64,000 nucleotides of DNA from Octopus sinensis (GCF_006345805.1 NC_043012.1:24490001-24554000); one strand, 5' to 3'. Shown: positions 13,362-26,825, counted from the first letter of the stretch. Numbers and translations are program-made. Notes: generated by a model not told the origin, from the letters alone.

Positions 13362-13526
13362 TTTATACATATATGCTTACATCAACCAAAATAAAAAGTA
13401 TATGTGTCTTCTGTTAGGTTTTATGTTGAATGTTCTAGTTGTTTGCTTAATATCAATTGATTGAGCCTCTGATTCTTGGCTGATGGTGTGAGAGAGTGAG
13501 TGCTTCACATCCAGGTGAACCTTTAA

Positions 13527-13742
13527 CCTTCCATCATTCAGGTTACTCACTTGAATGTTATGTTTATTTATTCATATTGATTTGAATTAGTCATGCATTG
13601 CTTTGTATCTTTAAGATTTTGATGATGTGAATGTCTGTTTCTAGAATAATATTGTAGGGTAAGTGTGAAAGGCAGGATTTGACCAACCTGGAGATAAAAC
13701 AGGATACTTTGACTGGATGTGACTGGTTTAAATGGGAAAAAG
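13527..13742. mobile_element. Older copy of the TTAA MITE
   Basis: TTAA at 13523-13526 and 13743-13746; shares ttatttattcatattg...tttagaat.acattgtagg. Confidence 0.6.
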
Positions 13743-13787
13743 TTAATGTAATTGTTAGGCTGAACCAGTGTGGTACAGTGTACAGGT

Positions 13788-14184
13788 GTGCAAGCCCCCC
13801 CCCCCCCCGCATTGAATCACAGGTATAGCTCATTTGACAGTGTTCTATACAGTTTCTGTCGACCCAATTTCAGCCACGAGGTTTGAGTCAACATAAGGCC
13901 CATGGTTAAAGAACACATGTCCAAAGACGTCACGCTGTGTGATTGAAGCTCAGAACCTCTTGGCTCCAAGGCAAACTTCTAAACCATTTGCGTGCAAGCC
14001 CCCATTGAATCACAGGTATAGCTCATTTGACAGTGTTCTATACAGTTTCTGTCGACCCAATTTCAGCCATGAGGTTTGAGTCAACATAAGGCCCATGGTT
14101 AAAGAACACATGTTCAAAGATGTCACAGCTGTGTGATTGAAGCTCAGAACCTCTTGGCTCCAAGGCAAACTTCTAAACCATTTG
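13788..14184 (+). repeat. About 195-bp tandem duplication of an already decayed SINE fragment (13788-13990, 13992-14184)
   Basis: Near-identical copies that differ mainly in a poly-C run. Confidence 0.95.
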
Positions 14185-14405
14185 GCCATCTCCAGAGCCA
14201 GTCATACCTGTAACTACTAATAGACGTGTAAACATAAACACACACACACACACACACACGTAGTCTACTGATGTAATTAAAGAAATGTCTATGTTGTTAG
14301 AAAATCATTCAGCAGTAATAATACATTCATCATTGATCCTGCGTGTATGTATTTCTGTGTCTCTATATACATATATATATGTATATATATGTATGTGTGT
14401 GTATG

Positions 14406-14479
<74 letters not shown>

Positions 14480-14658
14480 TATAGATAGATAGATACACAT
14501 ACACATTCTGCCTCTGTTTGTCTGTCTCTTGTTACCTTTACAGCCTCTATCTACCTCTCTTCAGTTTTGTGTTACTAGTGACATTGCAAGCATTTACATT
14601 TGATATTTAACATATTGATTTCTGAGGAGATTTTTTTTTTGTGTGTATGTATGTGTGT

Positions 14659-14707
<49 letters not shown>

Positions 14708-15091
14708 CTGACATACTTTTTTTATTATTTTTCTGGGGGATTTTTTTTTCTTCCTTTTTTTTTTTTTTTCTTTTTTTCTCCTCCTTTTGATATTCATCCT
14801 GATAATGTCAGTGGAACTGGTCTGTAAATGCCCTGCTACTCTGAGTGTGTTTGTATGTGTGCGCGCGCGTGTGTGTGTGTGAGTACGTGTAAATATATAT
14901 ATACGTATATGCAAATACATGTACACACACACACACTCTCTCTCTCTCTCTTTCTGTCTCTTTAATGAAATACCACCACTGCTTCTTTTTTATCCAGTTC
15001 AAGTTTTACTAGTATAGAGAAGTGGAAACACTGAATCACACATACCTTATGTGTGTGTGTGTATGCATATGTATGTGTGTGTGTATGTATG

Positions 15092-15122
<31 letters not shown>

Positions 15123-17439
15123 ATATGTATGTATGTGTATGCATATGTATGTGTGTGTATGCATATGTATGTGTGTATATATATGTGTGTGTGTGTAGTG
15201 TATTTGTATATGTATAAGTATGTATGTACATGTATATAATTTGTGTATATGCATGAATGTATGTATGTATGTATGTATGTATGTGTGGTGTGTGTGTATG
15301 TACATGTATATAATTTGTGTATATGCATGAATGTATGTATGTATGTGTGTATGTATGTGTGTCTGTGTGTATGTATGTACATGTATATAATTTGTGTATA
15401 TGCATGAATGTATGTATGTATGTATGTGTGTGTGTGTATGTATGTATGTATGTATGTATGCAACTATTGTGTACTCATATTCATCCCTCATCATATCTCG
15501 TCTACAGATACATTGGGAAATGGGGAAAAAAAAAAAATATATACATATATATACCCCCCACCCACCCCACCCCACCCCCATCACACCCATCCCAGCGATT
15601 GCACATCTTGTTTTTCTAGTGATTATTTTGTAAATATATATAAAGTAAAATAGTCGTATATACCACCACACGGCTGTAATGTTTGTCGTAATGTCTGTCT
15701 GCATTACACTACACACACACACATATATATACACACATACATAATGTCTGTCATCATCATTGCTGTTGTTGTTGTTGTCTTTCTTGTCTTTGCTTTTGTT
15801 GTTGTTGTTGTTTGTTTGATTTGCTTTATTATTTTTTTTTTGTAAGTCTTTTCGGTTTCTTTTCCTTTCCTTTGTTGTTGTAGTTTGTTTGTTTGTTTGT
15901 TTTTTTCCTTCTTCTTCTTCTTCTTCTTCTTCTCAGTTCAGTCCAAACTGCTTTTGTTAACATGGTACCAATAATTATATTGGTTTGTTCAGGCAGTTTT
16001 CTTCGCTCTGTCTGCCCGTCTATCTCTCTCTCTCTCTCTCTAGCCTTAGCCTAGCTGAAGCCTAGGCGCTTGGTTTTCGCTTCAGGCTGACATATACCCA
16101 TGATTTGTACGTACGTATGTATCCCACAGTCTGTTATTTAGAAAGAAAACTACTACTATTTTCTGACTATCTTGTTTGCTTGTTGCCATACATTATTGCA
16201 CTACTAACAGTACAGTTCTGGCTGCTGATGGCGCTGACGGGGCCCCCACTAAACCACCACCACCACCACCGCTGCTGCTGCTGCAACCACTGCTGATGGT
16301 GCCGTTCCATTACTGCTGCTGCTGATGGTGATGGGTGCGCTGCTGTTAATAGTGATTCTTTGGAAAATACATCCATCCAAACACACACATCTAGTTCTCC
16401 TCTTTGGTTTAGCAGATGTTATTATATAAGCAGGCTGCCATGGAGATAGATGCTATTATATAGCAGGAACTAACTGAAGGTAGAATACCCTAGCTTGGGA
16501 ATCTCTTGACAACACAATCATCTTCCTGGGTTTTGTTTCGTTTTCCTTTTCCTTTTCCCGTTTTTTTTTTTTTTTAATATTTTCCTCTTCCTTGTCTGAC
16601 TCCTAATCTCTCATTCTCTCCTTTAATTTAATCCCCTTTCTTTTTCCTTGTTTTTCATTGCCTTTCCTTTTACTTCTTCTTCTCTCCTATCTTCTAAGTC
16701 TTGTTTTCCTTTGCTACTCCAGAGAGACAGCAGCAGCAGCAGCAAGCTTGTCCAGGACATAGACTCTCCTTTTTCTATATTACATGTCTCCCTGTCCCTT
16801 CATTCTTTCCTGCTGAAATGAGTCACTCTTTCAGCTCTCCCTCTCTCTCTCTCTCTCTCTCCAAGCAACCCCCACCTCTTCTTCCTCTCCACCCCACAAT
16901 CATCATGTCTATAGCAATTAATATTATAATAGTACAGAGTTGAATTGATATAGTTTTTCTTTTGATTATTCCAAAGACACCAACGTAATTTCATTAACTT
17001 TACATTCACTTCTACACTTCCACCCCTACACCCCCCTCATTTCATTGTTGAGGTAAATTATCACAGGATTAAATCACATTGAGTAATCTTCAACGAAGGA
17101 ACTGAGTGTTAATAGTAAGGTAGTAGGGATCCAGTTTTTGCTTGTTCGGTGAAGCAATTTTCCTGATACGTAGCTATGACTGTGGAATTATTTCCCATAT
17201 ACAGCATTTAACTATTGCACTAGAAGCAGTCTTCCCCTAGAATCTATCCCCTCCCCACTCTTTGATGCGCTTGTACAAAATTTGGGATTGATTCAGCAGG
17301 AAGTAGGGTGTTTGGATAAAAGCTCATCTTTTTTTTTTTTTCATATCATATCTTTAAATCTATTTGATATTTCTGTAGCCCTGACTTGATAATCACTCTG
17401 GACCGTTGGGCCATTCATAAATCAAGCCTCAACTTGAAG

Positions 17440-17670
17440 ACGGATTAGCTAAAGAGAGGGAAGGTTGTACCTGGTTGTGCTACCTGCTAGAAATAGCAGT
17501 CAAATTTCCCTCAGATTACTCGTTACCATCTTGGAAAAAGATACATATTCAACTAAGTATTGAGCAAAATATACTAAACGTGAAAAAAAAAAAGCGTTGG
17601 AATGGTTATAGCTGAACTTTCTTTAGTCATAGATCTCATCCAGGTTTTGTTTGAGATTAAACAACAACAG
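17440..17670 (+). mobile_element. Interspersed family D ending (AAC)n; other copies at about 9975-10090, 10995-11190, 54870-55075 (+) and 57740-57960, 61440-61720 (-)
   Basis: Recurring cctgctagaaatagcagccaaat.tccctc and ctaaacaacaac motifs. Confidence 0.65.
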
Positions 17671-17733
17671 CATGATGGACAGTGAACATAACATACTGGG
17701 TATTGAAACTTAGTGTCCATTTGCTAAGAATTT

Positions 17734-18132
17734 CATCAGTCACCCCCATAGCATCACTCAACCTCATAGCATCAGTCACCTCCATAGCATCAGTCACCCC
17801 ATAGCATCAGTCACCCCCATAGCCACAGTCACCCCCATAGCATCAGTCACCCTCATAGCATCAGTCACCCTCATAGCATCAGTCACCCCATAGCATCAGT
17901 CACCCCCATAGCATCAATCACCCCCATAGCATCAGTCACCTCCATAGCATCAATCACCCCCATAGCATCAGTTACCCTCATAGCATCAGTCACCCTCATA
18001 GCATGTCACTTCCATAGCATCAGTCACCTCCATAGCATCAGTCACACCCATAGCATCAGTCACCCCCATAGCATCAATCACCCCCATAGCATCAGTCACC
18101 CCTAAAGCATCAATCACCCCCATAGCATCAGT
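17734..18132. repeat. 18-bp minisatellite AGCATCAGTCACCCCCAT, about 22 units
   Basis: Direct tandem units with occasional 16-17-bp units; source of the (MGVTDA)n ORF in the track. Confidence 0.95.
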
Positions 18133-19199
18133 TTGTTTCAGCAGGTTTTCACTGATACCAAGCAACACACTTTGATTCAAATATCACAAGTTGTGGTTCG
18201 AATACTTTTAACATAATTTTTGCTAAACTTTTCGATTAAAGGATATGAAACTCTTGCTCTAAATGTGTGGTATTTGGGTCTGATTTAGGATCAGGTGTGT
18301 TACAGGGTCCATCCCTGTAGTAGTTATCAGTTTGGTAACCATTTATTTGTGGTAGCTGCTATACGTTGTGGTCACCACTACGGCTCAGTGACCACTGAAT
18401 GTGTGGTATTTCAGTCTGATTTCGGACCATGTGTGTTCCAAACACAATCCACGTATCTGTTACCCATTTGAAGTGTATCACAGCAAACGACATGTGTGTG
18501 TGTGTATTAAGTGGTATCCAACGGGATCTAACAGACTTAGATTAAAGGAAAGAATGGAAGTGACACAATTTAATCACCTATAATATTGATTTCTTGCACA
18601 GATGAAAGAACACACGTTTTTGGAGTAGGTCTGTACTTAGTTCTGGGCAGCGCAAATCGATTCAGTTCTTGGAGCATCAGATAGATTACCTGGCAGTGTT
18701 CATGCCAGATCTGTTTTCAAATAGCACCAAGATCAGTTTGGCTTTTCATATCCTTTCAGGGTCTATGAAATCCTGTTGTTAGGTATTAATTCTTGTGTGT
18801 GTTTCTCTCTCCTTCTGCAAGGAATCAGGCATTTGAAGGGAAGGGTTCTACTTCACATATACTGTGTCATGATGACTTACTTAGGAGGAGGTGAGGGCCT
18901 AAGGCAAGACAAGGCAATTGTTGATTGTATTGGATCCAATACTTGACTTAGAGCTTTCACAAATCCTATGACTCATAAGGCCAAAGCAGAGCCTGATTTT
19001 CATGGGACACTGGCATGTTATCCCAGTAAATTACTGGTACTGTGTTAATACTTTGTAATTTATTGTATCAGCCTTGGAAAGATAAAAGGCAAAGTTAGCC
19101 TTGGTGAGATTTGATCCCTGAATATAAAGATATGAAATTAAATTCTTACAAGTATGTTGTTTGGTGCCTGACCAAGACGACCCTCTACCCTTACCTATC

Positions 19200-19540
19200 T
19201 TCTATCTATTACTTATTTCATTCATTGGGCTGTGACCATGCTGGGACACTACTTCAAAGGGCTCCATCAAGCAAATCGACTCCTGGACTTTTTTCATTAT
19301 GTCAGCCTCTTGTCTTGAAACTGCTAAGTTACAGGGACATAAACAAAGCAACATTGGTTGTTGAATGATAAAGGGGGGACAAACACACATACACAAAGAC
19401 GTGTGACTACCAAATTCACTCACAGGGTGTGGCATTGGTTGGACTGAGGAGTATAGTAGATGGTGCTCTGCAATGGGATTGAACCCAGAATCACGTAGTT
19501 GCAAAGTCATCTTCTTCACCACACACACACATGCCTCAGC
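19200..19540 (-). mobile_element. Decayed SINE family B
   Basis: ccatgctgggacactac...ctgctaagttacagggacataaac...ccaaattcactcac. Confidence 0.75.
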
Positions 19541-19619
19541 CTGCATCACAATAATCTATATATAAAACTAGCAGTGCATAAATTTAGATATGATGCAGTG
19601 TCCTGTAAAGAAGACATCA

Positions 19620-22200
19620 GATTTTCAGGACTTCGCTGATGTAATTCAGTCTCATGTGGCAGCCTCCTATTAGCTTCGGCCTTTACAGCGAGCCCCATGG
19701 GTCAGACTTTGGTGCAGAGGTAGAAACTGAACTGAGAATTGTTGATTACATTACTTAAAACAGTGGGGGGCTGACTGACCGATTTCATGGTACCTCTTAA
19801 CAGCTAGGCGAACTGGGACGTTTAAAGATAAATATCGATGCCAAAATTCAGTGCAACGTTGTACGTATACGTGATACAAATCTTTTGACCCCTAGGCGAG
19901 TTGGCTGGCATTTTTGCTCAGTCACCCAGCTGCAACACACCTGCATGCGTGAGTGCGTGTGGCTCCGTATTCTTTTAAAAACGTTCTCATTCAATATTTA
20001 TATATTCTTTAAACATGCCACATTTTGTCTAGGCCTATATCTTGTATGTGCGCATAATACAAATTAATATTATGTAAGTACGTGCGTGTGTAAGGTGGAA
20101 GTCTAGTGTAATCGAACAAAGAGTGAGAGAGAGAAGACTACAGTTCACCGAAGGACTTATAGTATAATATTCGTTATTAAAGTATACCTTACAAGTAATT
20201 GTACCATTGCAAAACTATACTTCCTTTATATATATAATATATAATATAATAGTGTCCTGTACTTACGTATATATATTTATATATGCATGTATATATACAT
20301 GTAGATGTAGGTACGTACATATATGTTTGTATGTATGCATATATTTTATTTATTACACTATATATATATATATATATACATACACACACAAACACAGACA
20401 CACAGAGACGTGTGTGTGTGTGGCAGTGTTTTGTATCGTGCATATGAATGCGTGCATACATACACACACCCTTTTTTCTTCTTTCACTCAGCGTCTTTCT
20501 CGCATGCGCGCGCGTACACGCACACACGACTGACATCCTTATTATTATGCTGACACACAAATGCTTCATCAGACTAGCATTATTTACTACCGATCCTGTC
20601 TGTTTGCCACTTGGAACTCTTTGATAAAATAATGTTCAACCTTGCATTTTAATTATAAAACATTATTTTAACTTCTTCCCGTTATCTTTGTTTTGATTTT
20701 GATTGCGTTTCCGAAAAAAGATAGCATTATACTATACGCATGGGTCCGGGTCGCAGTTTTAGTCAATATCTTATAAGACGAAAAGAATTGGAATAATTAA
20801 GAAATTCCACGACCCTGTTTGTCTTAGAAAAAATAGCTTCTACCTCTTAAAAACATATATATAGGGTACAAAGAAAATATGTTTGTTTATGTGTGTGTGT
20901 ATATATATATATATATAAATTTACATGTGTGTGTATATCTGTCTGTCGTCATCGTCGCTGTGACATTGAGCAGGTTGGAAATTAAGGGAAGTAACTCTAA
21001 TAGAAAATACCAAATATTAAATTTTCTTCTCTCTCTCTCTCTCTTTCTTTTGTCATTCTAATTTAAATTTTTTTTTATATATTTGTGACCTGGTAGAATA
21101 TTATTATAAAAAAGAAGTAACAAACTAGTATATATTCTCGTTAAATATTGTTTCTCCTAAATACAACAAAAAAAAAAATTAAATTTTTGGTGGTAAATTC
21201 GTTTATTTTGTTCTATTTTATTTGTGCTAAAATACACGACAGCCTATATTCTTTAGTTAACGCATGTTGTTATGGATTAAAATAATCATAATCGTTACTG
21301 TAATAAGAACGGTGTCGAAGCAGTTATTAGAGCTGCAGGTGAAATAAAATACCTTATTGTTAATTAGTTATCTTGTTTTATGTTCTGAGTCGAAATCTAG
21401 CTGAAGGCGACCGTCTCTTTTTATTCCTTTGGGATTGATAAAATTAAGTACCAGTCATGTACTGCGGACGATTTTTTTTTTATTACTTAATTGTTTATCC
21501 TCCCATTTTCGAAGAGTGTGTGTGTGTGTATATATCATCATCGTCATTTAACGTCCGCTTAACATACTAGCATGGATTAGACTGTTTGACTGGAACTGAT
21601 AGGCCAGAGAGCTGCACCGGGTTCCAGTCTGGTTTAGCATGGCTTCTATGGCTGGATGCCCTTTATAATGCCAACCACTCCAAGAGCGTAATGTGTGCTT
21701 TTTACATGCCACTAGCACACACATATACATATATATATATTTATATATATATATATAGGTAGAGTTTACGGAAAAAACAAAAGACGAAGACAGGTGGTGT
21801 ACAAAACAAACAGATGTATTAGTGTAACGCTCAGGAATAGAAAAAGTCTTTTACGTTTCGAGCCTACGCTCTCCTACAGAAAGGGACACAGAAAAAACAA
21901 GGAGAGAAATGAGGAGAGAAAAAAAATGTGTGTAGTGGCTAACGATCTATCATGGCGACTATATATATATATATGTTTTTCTTTTACTTGCTTCAATCAT
22001 TGAGCTGCGGCTATACTGGGGCACTGTCTTGAAGGGTTTAGTCAAAAGAATCAATCCTGGTCCCAGAACTTGCTTTTAAACCTGGTACTTTATCCCATTT
22101 CTTTTTCTAACGTAAACAAACCAGCACCAATTGTCAAACTCTGGCAGGGGCGTTAAACATACGTACACACACAAGCTTCCATACAGTTTCTGTCTCAAAT
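19620..22200. promoter_or_regulatory. CpG-rich (probably unmethylated) island: candidate promoter or enhancer
   Basis: Hand count about 46 CpG in 19621-20970 versus about 11 in 48000-50500. Direction and TSS not determinable. Confidence 0.45.
21758..21960 (-). mobile_element. Penelope-like pLTR fragment (family P2) with variant hammerhead at 21847-21884
   Basis: Minus strand reads ccttt CTGTAGGA GAGC-gtag-GCTC GAAAC GTA aaaga; flanked by (TA)n; homologous to 29530-29717. Confidence 0.6.
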
Positions 22201-22250
22201 TAATTCGAAAAGCATTAGTCAATCCTGGCCTATTGTAGAAGACACTTTGC
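21985..22250 (-). mobile_element. Decayed SINE family B
   Basis: tttacttgcttcaatcattgagctgcggctatactgg...tagaagacact. Confidence 0.7.
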
Positions 22251-23415
22251 CCCATACTTGACTTGCTTACTACAATGTAATATGATGGGATAAATGTGTC
22301 AGTTACCGTGAAGTCTGAGAGATTTAGTATTTAGTGGTTTTTGAGGAATATGCTGTAGGTTTGGTTAAATATTTGATATTTTTTTATATTCTAAATATTT
22401 TAAAATTTCATTATCTGAGAAATATTCTTTAAAATTACGGATAACTCACCCAATATTTTCTTTGAGAGCTTGTTTCTAAAATTATTTCTAAATAATTTCT
22501 AAAATTATTTCATCACCTCTAAATTTGGGTTAATAAAACTTTGGGATGTAGTTTTTTTCTTGCTGGATTTCTTACAGAATTAGACTAGTCACTTAATCTG
22601 GCTTTTCCTCGTCTTTCTGAAATTAAAAGAAAGGAAACCTGTTGTTCTCCCTCACTCTTGCTTCTCTTCCCACTAATCTGTTTAACCATTCTGAGTTTCA
22701 TCATCACTTGTGGTTTTCTCTCTTAAATATTAAGTTTTAGGATTTTGTTGTGTCTAGGGAGAGCCATAACTTAGCGCCATATTCCTGGTTATGACATCTG
22801 TTTATTATCCCTCAACCAAATCTTGTGAAAATGGTCAAAAGAAAAACATTGTTGTGAAGTTTGCCTTTTTCTTTTTTTCCAAAAGTTCGAATATAATGTA
22901 GTCTTAGCAAATGTGACCCATCAACTGTCACCACTCCCATCCACCTCATCATTCTATTCTAAGCCTCATCAAATGATGATGCGAATTGCTGTTGAGATAT
23001 AATGATGCTGACCCTCTGAGATCAAGATCCAATCGGTCATATACCGCTTTATGGATATTTTGTATGAAGCATACACATTGAAAGTACTTAGACCTCCACA
23101 GTGTTATCTACCTACAAATGAATTTAGACACTTCCCACACTATGGAAACATTGGATCCCTGAAGAATCTTCCTGCCATATGATGAAGTTACATTATCACA
23201 TGGCAAAGAATTACTCTTGGCTGTGGCTTGTCTTGCTAGTTACTTGGTGACCACACTAGTGCCGGTGCAACTCGGCAAAATGGTTGATGTAAGTAAGGGA
23301 CGGCAGCCATAGAAACCATCCCAAAGCTGACATTAGGGCCTGAGGTGACCCTACAGCTCACCAGACTCTGCCAAACCACCCAGCCCATGCCCACATGAAA
23401 AGAGAGCATCAAACA

Positions 23416-23513
23416 TTGATGATGATGATGATGATGATGATGGTGATGGTGATGGTGGTGGTGGTGGTGGTGGTGGTGGTGGTGGTGATGATGATGATGA
23501 TGATGATGATGAT
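23416..23513. repeat. (GAT)n(GGT)n(GAT)n microsatellite grown from a SINE C tail
   Basis: Directly follows aaacattgatgat; source of the poly-His ORF. Confidence 0.95.
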
Positions 23514-23699
23514 GTGAGACTGTGGCTAAGATTGCATTGCTGAGCATAAACCTTTCCAACAACCTGAAGTATTTCTAGCAGGACCCTCTACAACACTACA
23601 TTCTTATACTTTGTATAGGTAAATGAAGCCCCCAACAATACAATACGTTATGGGAGACAGTCACTTATTTCCATATTGGCTTCATATTATTTGCTTTAA

Positions 23700-23922
23700 C
23701 CCTTTAGCGCTCAAGTAATTCTGTAAAACATAAAGCTTATTTATTCATATTGTATTGAATTTATCGTGGTTTAGTTCACAGCTTTGAGATTTCAATGATG
23801 TGTTTGTTTATTTTTAGAATGACATTGTAGGTTAAGTATAAGAGGCTGGATCTGGCCAGTTTGAACATAAAGCATGTAGAATATTTAAGCTGGCTACATG
23901 GCTGCTTTAAATGTCGAAAGGG
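23700..23922. mobile_element. piggyBac-type MITE with TTAA target-site duplication
   Basis: TTAA|CCCTTT...AAAGGG|TTAA (TTAA at 23696-23699 and 23923-23926); internal homology to 10515-10733 and 13527-13742. Confidence 0.75.
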
Positions 23923-24211
23923 TTAAAGCATTCTTCATTGTAATATTTCCTGTTTGTGCGACTTTATTCTCCAATATCTTCTTCTTTCACTTCAAATTAG
24001 CTTTCAACTTTCTACAGATCTCACTGCTCCTTCCCATTATTCCATAACCGCTAACATATAGAAAAGTTTGTTTAGAAGAATGATTATATATACATGTATG
24101 AAAATTAAAAATTATAGATTATTAGTTTTGTAATATAACCATCAGGGTGAATAAACAAACTAACAAACAAACAAAAAAAGAAAGCAAGAAAGAATGAAGT
24201 TGCTATTTGTT

Positions 24212-24252
<41 letters not shown>

Positions 24253-24296
24253 GGTATTATTATCATTATTATTATTATTATCATTATTATTATTTG

Positions 24297-24329
<33 letters not shown>

Positions 24330-24923
24330 GGTATTATTATTATTTGTACCTTCTCTTACAAATATCTAATTTGATATTTCCAACTTATTTTCATTGGGGT
24401 AGGCCTTCCTTTCTCTACCCACCACCTATCTCTGCCTCTCTGATATAGAATAATAAAATGAATAAAAGTAAATAAAATAAAATAGTTCAGACTAATGAAG
24501 TGGTTTTAACATAGTTAATACTTTATTGTGTTGGTATGTATGTAGTATCTTCTGATCAATGACTTTTAATCTAATAGTGAGACTTTCTTTCTTTCTCTCT
24601 TTTCTTTGTGTATTGATTTTTTATTGTATCCTAAATTGTGAATATATTATAATAGAATGTGTTTGATCAGCAAGTTTTGGTGCCACAATGTCCGTCTGTG
24701 GTTGGGATAGCTGGAGATTTTTGTAAAAGTATTAAAATGGTGTACTGGAAAAGAAAGGAAGTATATAGGGAAAAAACAACAACAACAACAAAACAAATCT
24801 TAAGTTAACTGAGCAATATTTGATTAATTTACTTTCTTTCTTTGCTTCCTCTCATTCTCTCCTTCTTTCAGTCTGTTTTTATTTCATTCCCTATCTATAT
24901 TATACCGAGAGTCATTTTCTTTG

Positions 24924-24957
<34 letters not shown>

Positions 24958-25460
24958 GTGTGTGTCTTTGTTGCTAATATCATTCTTGGAATTTGAAAGA
25001 AAACTCTTTGGACAAGAAAGAATTTTTCACTTCCATATAAACTCCTTGAGTCTTTGTTCTCTTCAAAGTTATGGTTATTTAAAATTTTTCATGGAAAAAT
25101 ATTTGTTTAATTTATTCAAAATATTAGAAATGAAGTGTGTGTGTGTGTGTGTGTGTGTACGCGCATGTGCTTTATAACTAGTTTTATCTTGAGAAATCAT
25201 CCAAACAATTTTACAGATCTCTAAATAAAATCAACTTCCTAATTAATCACTTCAAAATTTAAAGATCAGAGAAGTTTTGTTTTTGTTATTTTTCAAATAT
25301 TTTTAAGAAACAAGCAATGAAATTAAGTCTTGGTGCTTTTTAATTTAATGGAATTGAAACAGGAAGAAAAAATTCCAAATTTTGGAATGAATTTTAATTT
25401 TTTTTTTTGTTTTATTTAGTTTTGTTTTGATAGCTTACTAATTAAACTAAGTTTTGTACC

Positions 25461-25521
<61 letters not shown>

Positions 25522-25522
<1 letters not shown>

Positions 25523-25735
25523 GGTGGTGGGGGCTAGTGGAATCAGCACACTGGTTAAAATACTTAGCTGTGTTTCGTCTGTCTTAACGTTCTGAGTTCA
25601 AATTCCGCCGAGGTCAACTTTGCTTTTTCATCCTTTGGGGGTCAGTAAATTAAGTACCAGTGAAACGCTGGGGTTGATATAGTCAACTAACCCCTTCCCC
25701 CAAATTTCAAGCCTTGTCCCTATAGTAGAAAGGAA
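25522..25735 (+). mobile_element. SINE family A, older copy
   Basis: gttctgagttcaaattccgccgaggtcaactttgc...taagtaccagt; follows an (ATT)n array. Confidence 0.85.
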
Positions 25736-26236
25736 TGTTGTTGTTGTTGGGATTAACTCCTTTGATTATTTGTCATTTCCACTGGATTTTAAAATACAGT
25801 TTGTCTCCAATTAAAGAGAATGTGCACACACACACACACTTCACTGTCCAGCACTTTGCATGCTTTTGCTTGTACCCAGGGGGTTTGTGTGGAGTCAAAT
25901 TATTTTTTTTTAAATTTAGTGTTTTTGAAACTTTTTATTTTTTTGGTGGTGGTGAAAATAATTCACGACATATTAGTTAGCTTATTATTATGCGTGTCTT
26001 CTTATTCTAAATATTTTTTTTAAGAATCATAAATCTAGTAGTACACCAACCCACCTAATTCTGGTTAATATTATCAAACATTTACACATAGGATACCACA
26101 TTCACAATAGGGTACCGTATGTAACATGTGGCATACTCTACAAGTGTCTCCCAGACACATGTTCTAATAGTCCAAGTATCCCAAACTCTATTTGGTATTG
26201 ATGACTGAAGATGTTTTCCAAGCTTTGTTATTGTTG

Positions 26237-26279
<43 letters not shown>

Positions 26280-26454
26280 AAGAATTATTTTGCCTATTTG
26301 ACATTGCCTCTTTATTATTATTTTTTTTGTTTGTTTGTTTCTGCATATTCTCTTTATGTTCCATCATGTGTTGTCCTGATTTTTTGCTTTATCCATATAT
26401 TTTGCTCACCATTCATCTTCAGTCTAACTTAGTGTTGTGTCCCCTACTCCACAG

Positions 26455-26532
26455 GGCTGGACAAATCCACTGGTGGGATGCCTAGGACTGCCCTAAAGGA
26501 CCAGGGTGAACTTTCATTTTATAGTAGCTCAG
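26455..26532 (+). CDS. Candidate internal exon A of unidentified gene (78 nt, phase 1-1): (G)LDKSTGGMPRTALKDQGELSFYSSS
   Basis: Branch-like CTAAC, acceptor tgtcccctactccacAG, donor CAG|GTTAGT. Length is a multiple of 3 and only one frame is open. Paralogous to 37101-37193. Confidence 0.55.
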
Positions 26533-26648
26533 GTTAGTGGCCAACGATTTCTAATCCCACTTCTCACTGTTTCCCAGCCAGTTCGTAGTACGTTCTTACT
26601 ACGCTGGTTGCTTTAACAGCTGCACAGTCTATATACATATATATATGT

Positions 26649-26703
<55 letters not shown>

Positions 26704-26825
26704 TATAATCTTTTTTTAAATGTTTGATCTAGGTTTTCTTTTTTTACATATCTACATACAAAAACACGTGCACTTATAAAATTATATATATATATATATA
26801 TAAATGTGTGTGTGTGTGTGTATAT

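Noticed and set aside
17734-18132. Repeat array as CRISPR, or as the (MGVTDA)n protein
   Set aside because: No unique spacers, eukaryotic context, and frame broken by 16-17-bp units.
18822-18898. Overlapping small exon candidates (+18822-18890 and -18881-18898)
   Set aside because: They occur on both strands at one spot and give no recognisable peptide; this shows the chance rate of such matches.
22915-23200. RTE fragment suggested by minus-strand RMMRWMGV
   Set aside because: A single short motif with no supporting flanking peptides; too weak to annotate.
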